Shown here: positions 18,470 through 27,599 of the stretch, piece after piece
How positions within the stretch are numbered: position 1 is the first letter of the stretch
How the letters are laid out: each line of letters opens with the position of its first letter
Source of the DNA: an uncultured Tardiphaga sp.
GTDB taxonomy: Bacteria > Pseudomonadota > Alphaproteobacteria > Rhizobiales > Xanthobacteraceae
Direction of reading: 5' to 3'
DNA: 64,000 nucleotides
Assembly (NCBI GenBank): GCA_964244735.1
Contig: CAXTJT010000006.1
Span: forward strand, 149,041-213,040
Program-made: the position numbers and the translations under genes
Notes under the pieces: model-generated
What the model saw: only the letters and a program-made list of their open reading frames with translations
Told to the model about the DNA's origin: nothing
Database searches by the model: none

Positions 18470-18610
18470 GGCATCTGAACTCACGATTGCCGCAAAACAA
18501 GTCGATTTCGAGCGCATGATGGCGCTCGACGCACTTCCAGAAATGGACTGTTAACCCTAATTTCGCGTTAATCGGCTGAATCGCCGCAACGACGAGAGAC
18601 ATGTCAGCCG

Positions 18611-19990
18611 ATGCCATCCGTTTTCGAGACCGGTCCCGCCGCGACTGCGATTCCCATCACCTTCGTCACCACGACGGATTTTGCCGAAGTGCTGGCCGCG
18701 CTGCCGCCGCGCCAGCGCAATTTCGCGCAGGCCTCGGGCTTCGCCGCCCGCGCCGGACAATTGCTGGCGCTGCCGGGCGACGACGGCGCGATCGAGGCGG
18801 TGCTGTTCGGCCTCGAAGACGACCTCGCCAAGCGCGATCCGTTTCGCCCCGGCCAGTTGCCGGGGCTTTTGCCGGCCGGCACATACCGCTTTGCCAACGC
18901 GCCGCACGATGCGCGGCTGGCGGCATTGGCCTTTGCGCTCGGCAGCTACAAATTCGGCCGATATCGCAAAACGGAGGGGCGCGATGTCCGCCTCGTGCCG
19001 CCCGAGGGCGTCGACATCGCCGACATCATCCGCATGGCGGACGCCGCCACGCTGGCGCGCGACCTCATCAACACGCCGGCGAACGACATGGGCCCGGCCG
19101 ACCTCGAAACCGCCGCCCGCGATCTGGCGCAGCGCTACGGCGCGGATTTCTCCTGTATCGCCGGCGACGATCTCGTCGCCCAGAATTTCCCGCTGATCCA
19201 CGCGGTCGGCATGGCGTCGCCGCGCGCACCGCGGCTGATTGATTTCTCGTGGGGCCACGTCGCGCATCCCCGCGTCACGCTGGTCGGCAAAGGCGTGGTG
19301 TTCGACACCGGCGGGCTCGATCTGAAGCCGTCCAGCGCGATGCTGATCATGAAGAAGGACATGGGCGGCGCCGCCAATGTCCTGGCTCTGGCGATGATGG
19401 TGATGGACGCCAAGCTGCCGGTTCGGCTGCGCGTGCTGATCCCGGCGGTCGAGAACGCCGTCGCGGGCAATGCGTTTCGTCCGCTCGATATTTTCAAGTC
19501 GCGCAAAGGACCGACCGTTGAGATCGGCAACACCGATGCCGAAGGCCGCCTCATATTGGCCGATGCGCTAGCCTATGCCGACGAGGACAAGCCCGACATT
19601 CTGATCGACATGGGCACGCTGACCGGCGCGGCGCGTGTCGCGCTCGGCCCGGACCTGCCGCCGTTCTATACCAACGACGAAACGCTGGCCGGCGACGTCG
19701 GCACCTATGCCGCGCAGGAAAACGATCCGCTGTGGCGGCTGCCGCTATGGGGGCCATATGATTCCTGGCTCGATTCAAAGGTCGCGGACATCAACAATGC
19801 GCCATCCGGCGGCTTCGCCGGCTCGATCACCTGCGCGTTGTTCTTGCAGCGTTTCGTCGCGCCGACGACCCGCTGGCTCCATGTCGACATCTATGGCTGG
19901 ACGCCGTCCGCCAAGCCCGGCAAGCCCGAAGGCGGCGAATGCCAGGCCGCGCGCGCGATCTATCGCCTGCTGAGCCAACGCTATGGGTGA
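18611..19990 (+). CDS. M17 leucyl aminopeptidase family protein
   Basis: VGKGVVFDTGGLDLKP, MKKDMGGAA and NTDAEGRLILADAL are the M17 active-site motifs. Confidence 0.9.
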   Translation: MPSVFETGPAATAIPITFVTTTDFAEVLAALPPRQRNFAQASGFAARAGQLLALPGDDGAIEAVLFGLEDDLAKRDPFRPGQLPGLLPAGTYRFANAPHDARLAALAFALGSYKFGRYRKTEGRDVRLVPPEGVDIADIIRMADAATLARDLINTPANDMGPADLETAARDLAQRYGADFSCIAGDDLVAQNFPLIHAVGMASPRAPRLIDFSWGHVAHPRVTLVGKGVVFDTGGLDLKPSSAMLIMKKDMGGAANVLALAMMVMDAKLPVRLRVLIPAVENAVAGNAFRPLDIFKSRKGPTVEIGNTDAEGRLILADALAYADEDKPDILIDMGTLTGAARVALGPDLPPFYTNDETLAGDVGTYAAQENDPLWRLPLWGPYDSWLDSKVADINNAPSGGFAGSITCALFLQRFVAPTTRWLHVDIYGWTPSAKPGKPEGGECQAARAIYRLLSQRYG

Positions 19991-20822
19991 GCGTCATGAC
20001 CCTCGCATCACGCCGATGCGGCCGGACCTCGCCGCCCGTTATCTCGAAGGCCAGGTCAGATCTGCACGCTTTGTCGATGGGGTCATGATGCAAGTGATCG
20101 CCCCCCTGGTGTCGGTCGGCATGGCGCCGGCGCATCAAGCCGAACACATGTCGCAGGCGCTGTTCGGCGAACGCGTCACGATCTACGACCGCGACGACAA
20201 TGGCTGGTCGTGGGGGCAATTGAGCCAGGACGGCTATGTCGGCTGGCTGCCGGATGCGGCGCTCGGGCCCGTCGGCGCCGCGCCGACGCACAAGGTGACG
20301 GCGCTGCGGACGTTCGGGTTTCCCGGCCCGTCGATCAAGCTGCCGCCGCTGATGGCGCTGCCGATGCAGGCGACGCTGGTCGTTGCGCGGATGGAAAAGG
20401 GTTTCGCCGTGACTGATGACGGCTTCATTCCCGCGCAGCATGTCAGTGCGATCGACGTGATGGAGAAGGACTTTGTCGCCGTCGCCGAGCGATTTCTCGG
20501 CACGCCCTATCTGTGGGGCGGCAAGACGAGCCTCGGCATCGATTGCTCGGGGCTGGTGCAAGTTTCGTTGAACGCCTGCGGCATCGGCTGTCCGCGCGAC
20601 AGCGACATGCAGCGCGACGGATTGGGCCGCGAGGTCGCATTGTCGGATGTCCAGCGCGGCGATCTGCTATTCTGGAAAGGCCATGTCGCCATCGCCCGCG
20701 ATGCCACGACGATCGTTCATGCCAATGCGCACCACATGGCGACGGCGATCGAGCCGGTTCATGCCGCGATCGCGCGGATCGAGGCGGCGGGAAGCGAGTT
20801 GCTGGCGATCAAGCGACCATGA
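19983..20822 (+). CDS. NlpC/P60 (C40) peptidase with N-terminal SH3b-like region
   Basis: YLWGGKTSLGIDCSGLVQ (catalytic Cys), then ...GDLLFWKGHVAIA...HANAHH. Confidence 0.85.
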   Translation: MGERHDPRITPMRPDLAARYLEGQVRSARFVDGVMMQVIAPLVSVGMAPAHQAEHMSQALFGERVTIYDRDDNGWSWGQLSQDGYVGWLPDAALGPVGAAPTHKVTALRTFGFPGPSIKLPPLMALPMQATLVVARMEKGFAVTDDGFIPAQHVSAIDVMEKDFVAVAERFLGTPYLWGGKTSLGIDCSGLVQVSLNACGIGCPRDSDMQRDGLGREVALSDVQRGDLLFWKGHVAIARDATTIVHANAHHMATAIEPVHAAIARIEAAGSELLAIKRP

Positions 20823-20830
20823 CCCGTAGC

Positions 20831-21442
20831 CTAAATCGCCATCGCCTTCAACTCGTGCTTATGCAGCGCCAGCCATTGCATCGCGCTGACCAGCAATGCG
20901 TTCTTCACGGCACCGCTATTCAACGCCGCGATCGCATCGTCGATCGACACCACGAACGGCCGGACGTCTTCGCTCTCATCGGTGCCGCCGCGCGACGGCA
21001 CGGCGGATGTATCGACGACGCCAAGAAAGAACGTTACCAATTCGTCGGTGATGCCCGGCGTCGACAGCACGCTGTAGAGTTCGACGAGCTTGCCCGGATG
21101 CAGCCCGATTTCCTCAAAGCATTCGCGCGCCGCCGCATCTTTCGCGCTTTCACCCTTCTCCACACGCCCGGCGACGATCTCGACCAATTCGCCGTGCCCG
21201 GTGGCCAGATGCGCGGCCAGCCGGAACTGCCGCAGCAGCACGATCTGCCCACGCGCGACATCGACCGGCAGCACAGCGGCGACGCCGCCGGCGCGGATGA
21301 CGTCGCGCGTCTGCTTGAGCGGCGGATCGCCGTCGCGCATGATCGCCGTCTCATAGCGATCGTATGTCAAAAAGGCGCGCGCAATCGATTGCGGCTCCGA
21401 GACACGGACCGTAACGGCGCGGTCGGCAATGTCGTCGGTCAC
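20831..21442 (-). CDS. NUDIX hydrolase (ADP-ribose pyrophosphatase-like)
   Basis: Nudix box GRVEKGESAKDAAARECFEEIGL. The GTG start overlaps the yejF stop (GTGA). Confidence 0.85.
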   Translation of the reverse strand: MTDDIADRAVTVRVSEPQSIARAFLTYDRYETAIMRDGDPPLKQTRDVIRAGGVAAVLPVDVARGQIVLLRQFRLAAHLATGHGELVEIVAGRVEKGESAKDAAARECFEEIGLHPGKLVELYSVLSTPGITDELVTFFLGVVDTSAVPSRGGTDESEDVRPFVVSIDDAIAALNSGAVKNALLVSAMQWLALHKHELKAMAI

Positions 21443-23067
21443 TCCGCAACAACCGCGCCATGGGCTGCCTCGATGCGGAAGGCAGCCGCGAACAACGCGC
21501 GCGTGTAATCCGTCTTCGGCGACTTGAACAAATCCGCCGCCGGTCCTTCCTCGACGATTTTGCCGTGACGCATCACGATCAGGTGGCTTGCCAGCGAAGC
21601 CACCACGCGCAGATCGTGCGAGATGAACATGTAAGTGAGATCGCGCTTGCGCTGGAGTTCGCGCAACAGATCGACCATCTGCGCCTGAAACAGCATGTCG
21701 AGCGCGCTGGTCGGCTCGTCGAGCACGACAAAATTCGGCTCGAGCACCACCGCGCGCGCGATCGAGATGCGTTGACGCTGGCCGCCGGAGAATTCATGCG
21801 GATAGCGAAACCGCGTCGCCGGATCGAGCCCGACCTCCTTCAACGATTTCACCACGCGCGCCCCGCGTTGGTCGGGTGTCAGTTTCGGCTGATGCACGCC
21901 GAGACCTTCGGCGATGATGTCCCCGACCGACATCCGTGGGCTGAGCGCCCCGAACGGATCCTGAAACACGATCTGCATGTCGCGCCGAACCGGCCGCATC
22001 TCCTTGAACCTGAGACCCTGAATATCCTTGCCGAGAAACACGATCGGCCCGTCCGACGAGATCAGCCGCAGCAGCGCCAGCCCGAGCGTGGTCTTGCCCG
22101 ACCCGGATTCGCCGACCACGCCGAGCGTCTCGCCCTTGCGGACGCTGACGCTGACGCCGTCCACCGCTTTGATGTGGCCGACGGTCTTGCGCATCAGCCC
22201 GCGCCTGATCGGAAACCAGACCTTGAGATCCCGAGCGCTCATGACGACCGGCGCATCGGGGCGCGGCGGCGCAGGGTCGGGCTTCGGCTCGGCCGCGAGC
22301 AGGGCGCGCGTATAGGCGTGCTGCGGCTTGGTGAAGACGTCCTCGACCGGCCCCTGCTCGACGATCTTGCCGTTGTTCATGACGCAGACGACATTGGCGA
22401 TGCGCCGCACGATGCCGAGATCATGCGTAATGAACAGCAGGCTCATGCCGAGCCGCGCGCGGATGTCCGCCAGCAATGCAAGAATCTGCGCCTGCACGGT
22501 GACGTCGAGCGCCGTGGTCGGCTCGTCGGCGATCAACAGATCAGGCTCGTTCGCGAGCGCCATCGCGATCATCACGCGCTGGCGCTGCCCGCCGGAGAGT
22601 TGGTGCGGATAGGAGCCGAGCCGCGTCTCGGGCTCGGGGATGCCGACCTGGGTCAGCAATTCGAGGATCCGCGCCTTGGCCTTCGCGCCGCGCATCCCGT
22701 TATGCAGTTGCAGGATCTCGCCGATCTGCGCCTCGATGGTGTGCAGCGGATTGAGCGACGTCATCGGTTCCTGAAAGATGATCGAGATGTCGTTGCCGCG
22801 AATACCGCGCATTTCGCTTTCTTTGAGATTCAGCAACTCGCGACCGTTGAAGCGAATGCTGCCGGACGGATGCGATGCCGTGGGGTATGGCAGCAGCTTC
22901 ATGATCGACAGTGCGCTGACCGATTTGCCGGAGCCGGACTCGCCGACCAGTGCGACGCATTCGCCGCGTTTGATCTCATAGGAGATTTTATCGACGGCGG
23001 TTGATGTGTTGCCGCCATGGTGAAATGCGACCGACAGATCGCGGACGGAGAGGAGGGGATCGCTCAC
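21439..23067 (-). CDS. yejF: Peptide/microcin-C-type ABC transporter, fused double ATPase YejF
   Basis: Two Walker A motifs ([20 protein letters not shown]) and two LSGGQRQR signatures. GTG at 23067 ([13 protein letters not shown]) chosen; the longer track ORF adds Arg-rich junk. Confidence 0.9.
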   Translation of the reverse strand: MSDPLLSVRDLSVAFHHGGNTSTAVDKISYEIKRGECVALVGESGSGKSVSALSIMKLLPYPTASHPSGSIRFNGRELLNLKESEMRGIRGNDISIIFQEPMTSLNPLHTIEAQIGEILQLHNGMRGAKAKARILELLTQVGIPEPETRLGSYPHQLSGGQRQRVMIAMALANEPDLLIADEPTTALDVTVQAQILALLADIRARLGMSLLFITHDLGIVRRIANVVCVMNNGKIVEQGPVEDVFTKPQHAYTRALLAAEPKPDPAPPRPDAPVVMSARDLKVWFPIRRGLMRKTVGHIKAVDGVSVSVRKGETLGVVGESGSGKTTLGLALLRLISSDGPIVFLGKDIQGLRFKEMRPVRRDMQIVFQDPFGALSPRMSVGDIIAEGLGVHQPKLTPDQRGARVVKSLKEVGLDPATRFRYPHEFSGGQRQRISIARAVVLEPNFVVLDEPTSALDMLFQAQMVDLLRELQRKRDLTYMFISHDLRVVASLASHLIVMRHGKIVEEGPAADLFKSPKTDYTRALFAAAFRIEAAHGAVVAE

Positions 23068-23387
23068 GAAACGTTGCCTTGTGTTGGCGTTATGGCCGCT
23101 ACCCCATCCGCTACGTCGAGACCTTCGACCCGCTCGCTTAGTTTCTGAATCGCTTCCTCCGGCGAGGCTCCCGCAGCAATCCACGACGGCGGGTCTGCCC
23201 AGAAGTCCATTGCTTCCGTGTCTTCGCCATGAGGTCCATTCTCAAGACAACGCACAATCCGATAGGCACCATTCTCGAGACGATCGGCGCAACTGATCGC
23301 CAACCACCGGCCACCGGAATAACAGCCGCCGTAACGGTCCTCGATCACTGCAATTGGATAATGGAGTTTAGCCTTCACTGTACTCAC
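23064..23387 (-). CDS. Hypothetical 107-aa protein inserted between yejE and yejF
   Basis: [111 protein letters not shown] overlaps with both neighbours. About 48 of 108 codons end in A/T by my count. Confidence 0.6.
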   Translation of the reverse strand: MSTVKAKLHYPIAVIEDRYGGCYSGGRWLAISCADRLENGAYRIVRCLENGPHGEDTEAMDFWADPPSWIAAGASPEEAIQKLSERVEGLDVADGVAAITPTQGNVS

Positions 23388-24559
23388 CGGAACGTCTTTC
23401 TCGGATCGAACGCGTCGCGCACGCCCTCGCCGATGAAGATCAGCAGCGACAGCATGATCGCCACGGCGAAGAAGCCCGTGAAGCCGAGCCACGGCGCCTG
23501 CACATTGGCCTTGCCCTGCGCCAGCAATTCGCCGAGCGACGGCGAGCCCGGCGGCAGGCCGAAACCGAGGAAATCCAGCGCCGTCAGCGTCATCACCGAG
23601 GACGAGACGATGAACGGCAGGAACGTCATGGTCGCGACCATCGCGTTCGGCAGCAGATGGCGGATCATGATCTTGGCGTTGGAGACGCCAAGCGCCCGCG
23701 CCGCCATGATGTATTCAAAATTGCGCCCGCGCAAAAATTCCGCGCGCACCAGGCCGACCAGCGACACCCATGAGAACAGCAGCAATATGCCGAGCAGCAC
23801 GAAGAAGCCCGGCACCAGCACGCTGGATAATATCAGCAACAGATACAGCGACGGAATTGCGCTCCACACCTCGATGAATCGCTGGAAGCCGAGATCGACC
23901 CAGCCGCCGAAATAGCCCTGCACGCCGCCGGCGGCGATGCCGATCACCGACGACACGATCGTCAATGCGAGGCCGAACAGCACCGAGATGCGAAACCCGT
24001 AGATCAGCCGCGCGACGACGTCGCGGCCCTGATCGTCGGTGCCGAGCCAGTTGTATTCGAGGTCGCGGCAGCCGGCGACGCCCTTTTTCGCGACCACCAC
24101 CTTGCAGTCGGCCTCGCTCAACATCCATGTCGGCTTCGACGGCGCCGGCGTCGGCAGATCGAGATTATGCGTCGCATAGGAATAGCGGATCAGCGGCCAC
24201 AGCATGAAGCCGTTCTTCTCGGCGATCAGTTTTTGCAAGAACGGATCGCGGTAATCGGCCGTGGTCTCGAAATCGCCGCCGAACGTGGTCTCGGAATAGG
24301 ACACGAAGGCCGGGAAATAACTCTTGCCGTCGAAGCGAATGAAGAACGGCCTGTCGTTGGCGATCACCTCGGCGAACAGCGATACGAAAAACAGCAGCAG
24401 GAATAGCCAGAACGACCAGTAGCCGCGACGGTTGGCCTTGAAGTTCTGCCAGCGGCGTTTGTTGAGCGGCGACGGCGTGAGACCGCGGCCGGCCGGCGGC
24501 GCGGCCTCGCCGAGCGGCGTAACAGTGGTGGTTTCGATCGGCTGAGGCGCGACGTTCAT
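23384..24559 (-). CDS. yejE: ABC transporter permease YejE
   Basis: MNVAPQPIE...WLGTDDQGRDVVARLIYGFRISVLFGL...EYIMAARALGVSNAKIMIRHLLPNA is a DppC/OppC-type permease. ATGA overlap with yejB. Confidence 0.9.
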   Translation of the reverse strand: MNVAPQPIETTTVTPLGEAAPPAGRGLTPSPLNKRRWQNFKANRRGYWSFWLFLLLFFVSLFAEVIANDRPFFIRFDGKSYFPAFVSYSETTFGGDFETTADYRDPFLQKLIAEKNGFMLWPLIRYSYATHNLDLPTPAPSKPTWMLSEADCKVVVAKKGVAGCRDLEYNWLGTDDQGRDVVARLIYGFRISVLFGLALTIVSSVIGIAAGGVQGYFGGWVDLGFQRFIEVWSAIPSLYLLLILSSVLVPGFFVLLGILLLFSWVSLVGLVRAEFLRGRNFEYIMAARALGVSNAKIMIRHLLPNAMVATMTFLPFIVSSSVMTLTALDFLGFGLPPGSPSLGELLAQGKANVQAPWLGFTGFFAVAIMLSLLIFIGEGVRDAFDPRKTFR

Positions 24560-25665
24560 CAGACCTCCCGCGCCTCGAAATCGATCCGCGGATCGATCCA
24601 CATGTAAGCCAGATCCGACACCAGATTGATGACGAGCCCGACCAGCGAGAAGATGAACAGCGTCCCGAAGACGACGGGATAGTCGCGATTCAGCACGCTC
24701 TCGAATCCCAGAAGCCCGAGCCCGTCGAGCGAGAAGATCGTCTCGATCAGCAGCGAGCCCGAGAAGAACGCGTGGATGAACGCGCCGGGAAAGCCCGCGA
24801 TCACGATCAGCATCGCGTTGCGGAAGATGTGGTTGTAGAGCACCTGCCGCTCGCTGCAGCCCTTGGCGCGCGCGGTCATCACATATTGCTTGCGGATTTC
24901 GTCGAGGAACGAGTTCTTGGTCAGCAGCGTCATCGTCGCGAACGCGCCGAGCGCCATCGACAGCAGCGGCAACGTCAAGTGCCAGAAATAGTCGAGAATT
25001 TTCCAGTACCAGGGAAAATTCGACCAGCCGTCCGAGGTCAGTCCGCGCAACGGGAAGATCGAGAAGAACGATCCGCCCGAGAACAGGATGATCAACAGGA
25101 TCGCGAACAGAAATCCGGGGATCGCGAAGCCGACGATGATGACGGCCGACGTCCATGTGTCGAATTGCGAGCCGTCCTTCACGGCCTTGCGGATGCCGAG
25201 CGGAATCGAAATGAGGTAGGTCAGCAGCGTCATCCAGATGCCCAAAGACATCGAGACCGGCAGTTTTTCCTTGATAAGCTGAAGCACGCTGACATCGCGG
25301 AAATAGCTCTTGCCGAAGTCGAAGCGCGCGAAATTCCACAGCATCAGCGCGAAGCGTTCCGGCGCGGGCTTGTCGAAGCCGAACTGCTTTTCGAGAGACT
25401 TGACGAAGTTTGGGTCGAGCCCTTGCGCGCCGCGATATTTCGAGTTCACCGCGTCACCGGATGCGCCAACTTGGGATCGCGCGCCGAAATCGCCGCCGGA
25501 GCCGGAGATGCGACCGGCGGCCCCCGTATCCGCGCCGCTCAACTGCGCGATGACGCGCTCGACGGGGCCGCCGGGCGCGAATTGCACGACGATGAAGGAG
25601 ACGAAGAGAATGCCCAACAGCGTGGGAAACATCAGCAGCACGCGGCGGGCGATATAAGCGCTCAT
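24559..25665 (-). CDS. yejB: ABC transporter permease YejB
   Basis: MSAYIARRVLLMFPTLLGILFVSFIVVQFAPGGPVE...QYVMTARAKGCSERQVLYNHIFRNA is a DppB/OppB-type permease. Confidence 0.92.
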   Translation of the reverse strand: MSAYIARRVLLMFPTLLGILFVSFIVVQFAPGGPVERVIAQLSGADTGAAGRISGSGGDFGARSQVGASGDAVNSKYRGAQGLDPNFVKSLEKQFGFDKPAPERFALMLWNFARFDFGKSYFRDVSVLQLIKEKLPVSMSLGIWMTLLTYLISIPLGIRKAVKDGSQFDTWTSAVIIVGFAIPGFLFAILLIILFSGGSFFSIFPLRGLTSDGWSNFPWYWKILDYFWHLTLPLLSMALGAFATMTLLTKNSFLDEIRKQYVMTARAKGCSERQVLYNHIFRNAMLIVIAGFPGAFIHAFFSGSLLIETIFSLDGLGLLGFESVLNRDYPVVFGTLFIFSLVGLVINLVSDLAYMWIDPRIDFEAREV

Positions 25666-27585
25666 CTATTTCGCCTGCTCGGGCTTGCTCTCGGACTTGG
25701 TCTCGGCTTGCGTCTTGGCGGCGGCACTGGCCGCCTTGTTCGGATCGGACCACCAGAACTCGATCGCGCCGTTGCCGCCGAGATAACGCGGCGGCTTTTC
25801 GACATGGCTGAAGACGTCCCAATAGGCCAGCGGATGCGTGGTGCGATACCATTGCGGCACCCAATAGCGCCCGGCGCGAAACACGCGGTCGAAGGCGCGG
25901 CAGGCGATGGTGAGTTCGTCGCGATCATCGGCGGCGAGAATTTTCTCGATCAGCGCATCGATCGCCGGACTGTCGATGCCGGCGAGATTGTAGGAGCCCT
26001 TGGTCCTGGCGGCCTGCGACGAGAAGAACGGCCGCATGCCGTCGCCCGGCGTCGCCGACATGCTGAAGCGCTCGATCGCCAGGTCGAAATCGAAGTCCTC
26101 GACGCGGGCGCGATATTGCACGGGATCGACGAGCCGGAAGCTGGCCGCGATGCCGAGCGTCCCGAGGTTCTTGATGAACGGCCCGTGATGCGGTTGAAAG
26201 CTCGGCTCGTCCTGCAAAAATTCGAGCGTGAATTGTTCGCCATTGGGCAGCAGCCGCTTGCCGTCCTTTATCGGCATGCCTGCCTCCTGCAGCAATTGCG
26301 AGGCGCGCCTCAAGAGGGTGCGATCGTTGCCCGATCCGTCGGAGACCGGCGGCATATAGGCCGGACCAAACACCTCGTCCGGCACCTGACCGCGAAACGG
26401 CGCCAGCAGTTTCAGCTCTTCAGGCGATGGCGGGCCCTGCGCCATCATCTCGGAATTCTGGAACGGCGAATGGGTGCGCGCATAGGCGCCGTACATGATG
26501 GTCTTGTTAGTCCATTCAAAATCGAAAGCCATGCCGATCGCGTCGCGCACGCGCGGATCGCGAAACTTGTCGCGGCGCGTATTGATGAACCAGCCCTGCG
26601 CGCCGGACGGTGTATCGTCCGGCAGCATCTCGCGCTTGATGCGTCCGTCTTTCACGGCCGGGAAATCATAGCCGGTGGCCCAGACCCGCGCGGTGAATTC
26701 TTCGCGGAACAGGTAGTTCTTCGCCGAGAAGCCCTGCATCGCGGCCTCGCGGTCGCGATAGAATTCATAGCGCACCAGGTCGAAATTGGACGACCCGCGC
26801 GACACCGGAAGCTCAGCGCCCCACCAGTCCTTGACGCGCTCGAACTCGATCGAACGGCCGATCTCGACGCGGCCGACCCTGTAGGGACCACTGCCTAGCG
26901 GGACATCCATCGTCGATTCGTCGAACGGTTTGGTCGCGTAATAGGCCTTGGAAAAAATCGGCAGGCCGGCGACGAACAGCGGCACGTCGCGGCCGCGCTT
27001 TTCGGCGAAGGTGACGACCAGCGTGGCGTCGTCCGGCGCTGTCGCGGTGAGCATGTCGCGCATCTGCTGGATGATCAGCGGATGGCCCTTGGTCTTCAGC
27101 GCCGTCAGCGAAAACGCCGCATCCTGCGCCGTCAATTGGCTGCCGTCATGGAAACGCGCTTCCGGCCGCAGCGTGAAACGATAGGTGAGTTTGTCGGCCG
27201 AGACCTGCACGGTCTTGGCGACAAGGCCGTACATCGCATCGGGTTCGTCGCCGGCGCGCACCATCAACGGCGCGAATGTCAGCCCCATGCCCTGCGCGCC
27301 TTCGCCTTTCAGAATGAAGGCGTTGAGCGAATTGAAGGTCTGGACCGATTGATTGTAGGCGCGGCCGGACGGGATCGTCGAGAACAGTCCGCCTTTCGGC
27401 GCGTCGACATTGACGTAATCGAAATTCCTGAAGTCGGCGGGGTATTTCAGGTCGCCGAAGATCGACATGCCGTGCGACGCCGCCGCCCCTTCGGCCGTCT
27501 GCGCGGTCGCGACGCCGCGACAGCGGATCGCGGCAGCCGCGCCTAGTCCAAGCCCGAGAAGATGCCGGCGGCTGATCCGCGCCAT
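25666..27585 (-). CDS. yejA: Family-5 periplasmic substrate-binding protein YejA (copy 1)
   Basis: Tat-like MARISRRHLLGLGLGAAAA. Long SBP-5 body similar to the upstream paralogue. ATG 27585 chosen. Confidence 0.9.
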   Translation of the reverse strand: MARISRRHLLGLGLGAAAAIRCRGVATAQTAEGAAASHGMSIFGDLKYPADFRNFDYVNVDAPKGGLFSTIPSGRAYNQSVQTFNSLNAFILKGEGAQGMGLTFAPLMVRAGDEPDAMYGLVAKTVQVSADKLTYRFTLRPEARFHDGSQLTAQDAAFSLTALKTKGHPLIIQQMRDMLTATAPDDATLVVTFAEKRGRDVPLFVAGLPIFSKAYYATKPFDESTMDVPLGSGPYRVGRVEIGRSIEFERVKDWWGAELPVSRGSSNFDLVRYEFYRDREAAMQGFSAKNYLFREEFTARVWATGYDFPAVKDGRIKREMLPDDTPSGAQGWFINTRRDKFRDPRVRDAIGMAFDFEWTNKTIMYGAYARTHSPFQNSEMMAQGPPSPEELKLLAPFRGQVPDEVFGPAYMPPVSDGSGNDRTLLRRASQLLQEAGMPIKDGKRLLPNGEQFTLEFLQDEPSFQPHHGPFIKNLGTLGIAASFRLVDPVQYRARVEDFDFDLAIERFSMSATPGDGMRPFFSSQAARTKGSYNLAGIDSPAIDALIEKILAADDRDELTIACRAFDRVFRAGRYWVPQWYRTTHPLAYWDVFSHVEKPPRYLGGNGAIEFWWSDPNKAASAAAKTQAETKSESKPEQAK

Positions 27586-27599
27586 AGGCGTGATCTCGT

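Noticed and set aside
24560-25339. N-terminal 260-aa extension of the yejE track ORF. Similar 5' extensions occur on the yejA, yejF, binding-protein, kdsB, pheA, fadB-like and ACAD ORFs.
   Set aside because: The extensions overlap upstream genes or repeat elements and are Arg-rich. Internal starts give canonical N-termini (signal peptides, ATGA/GTGA coupling, RBS).
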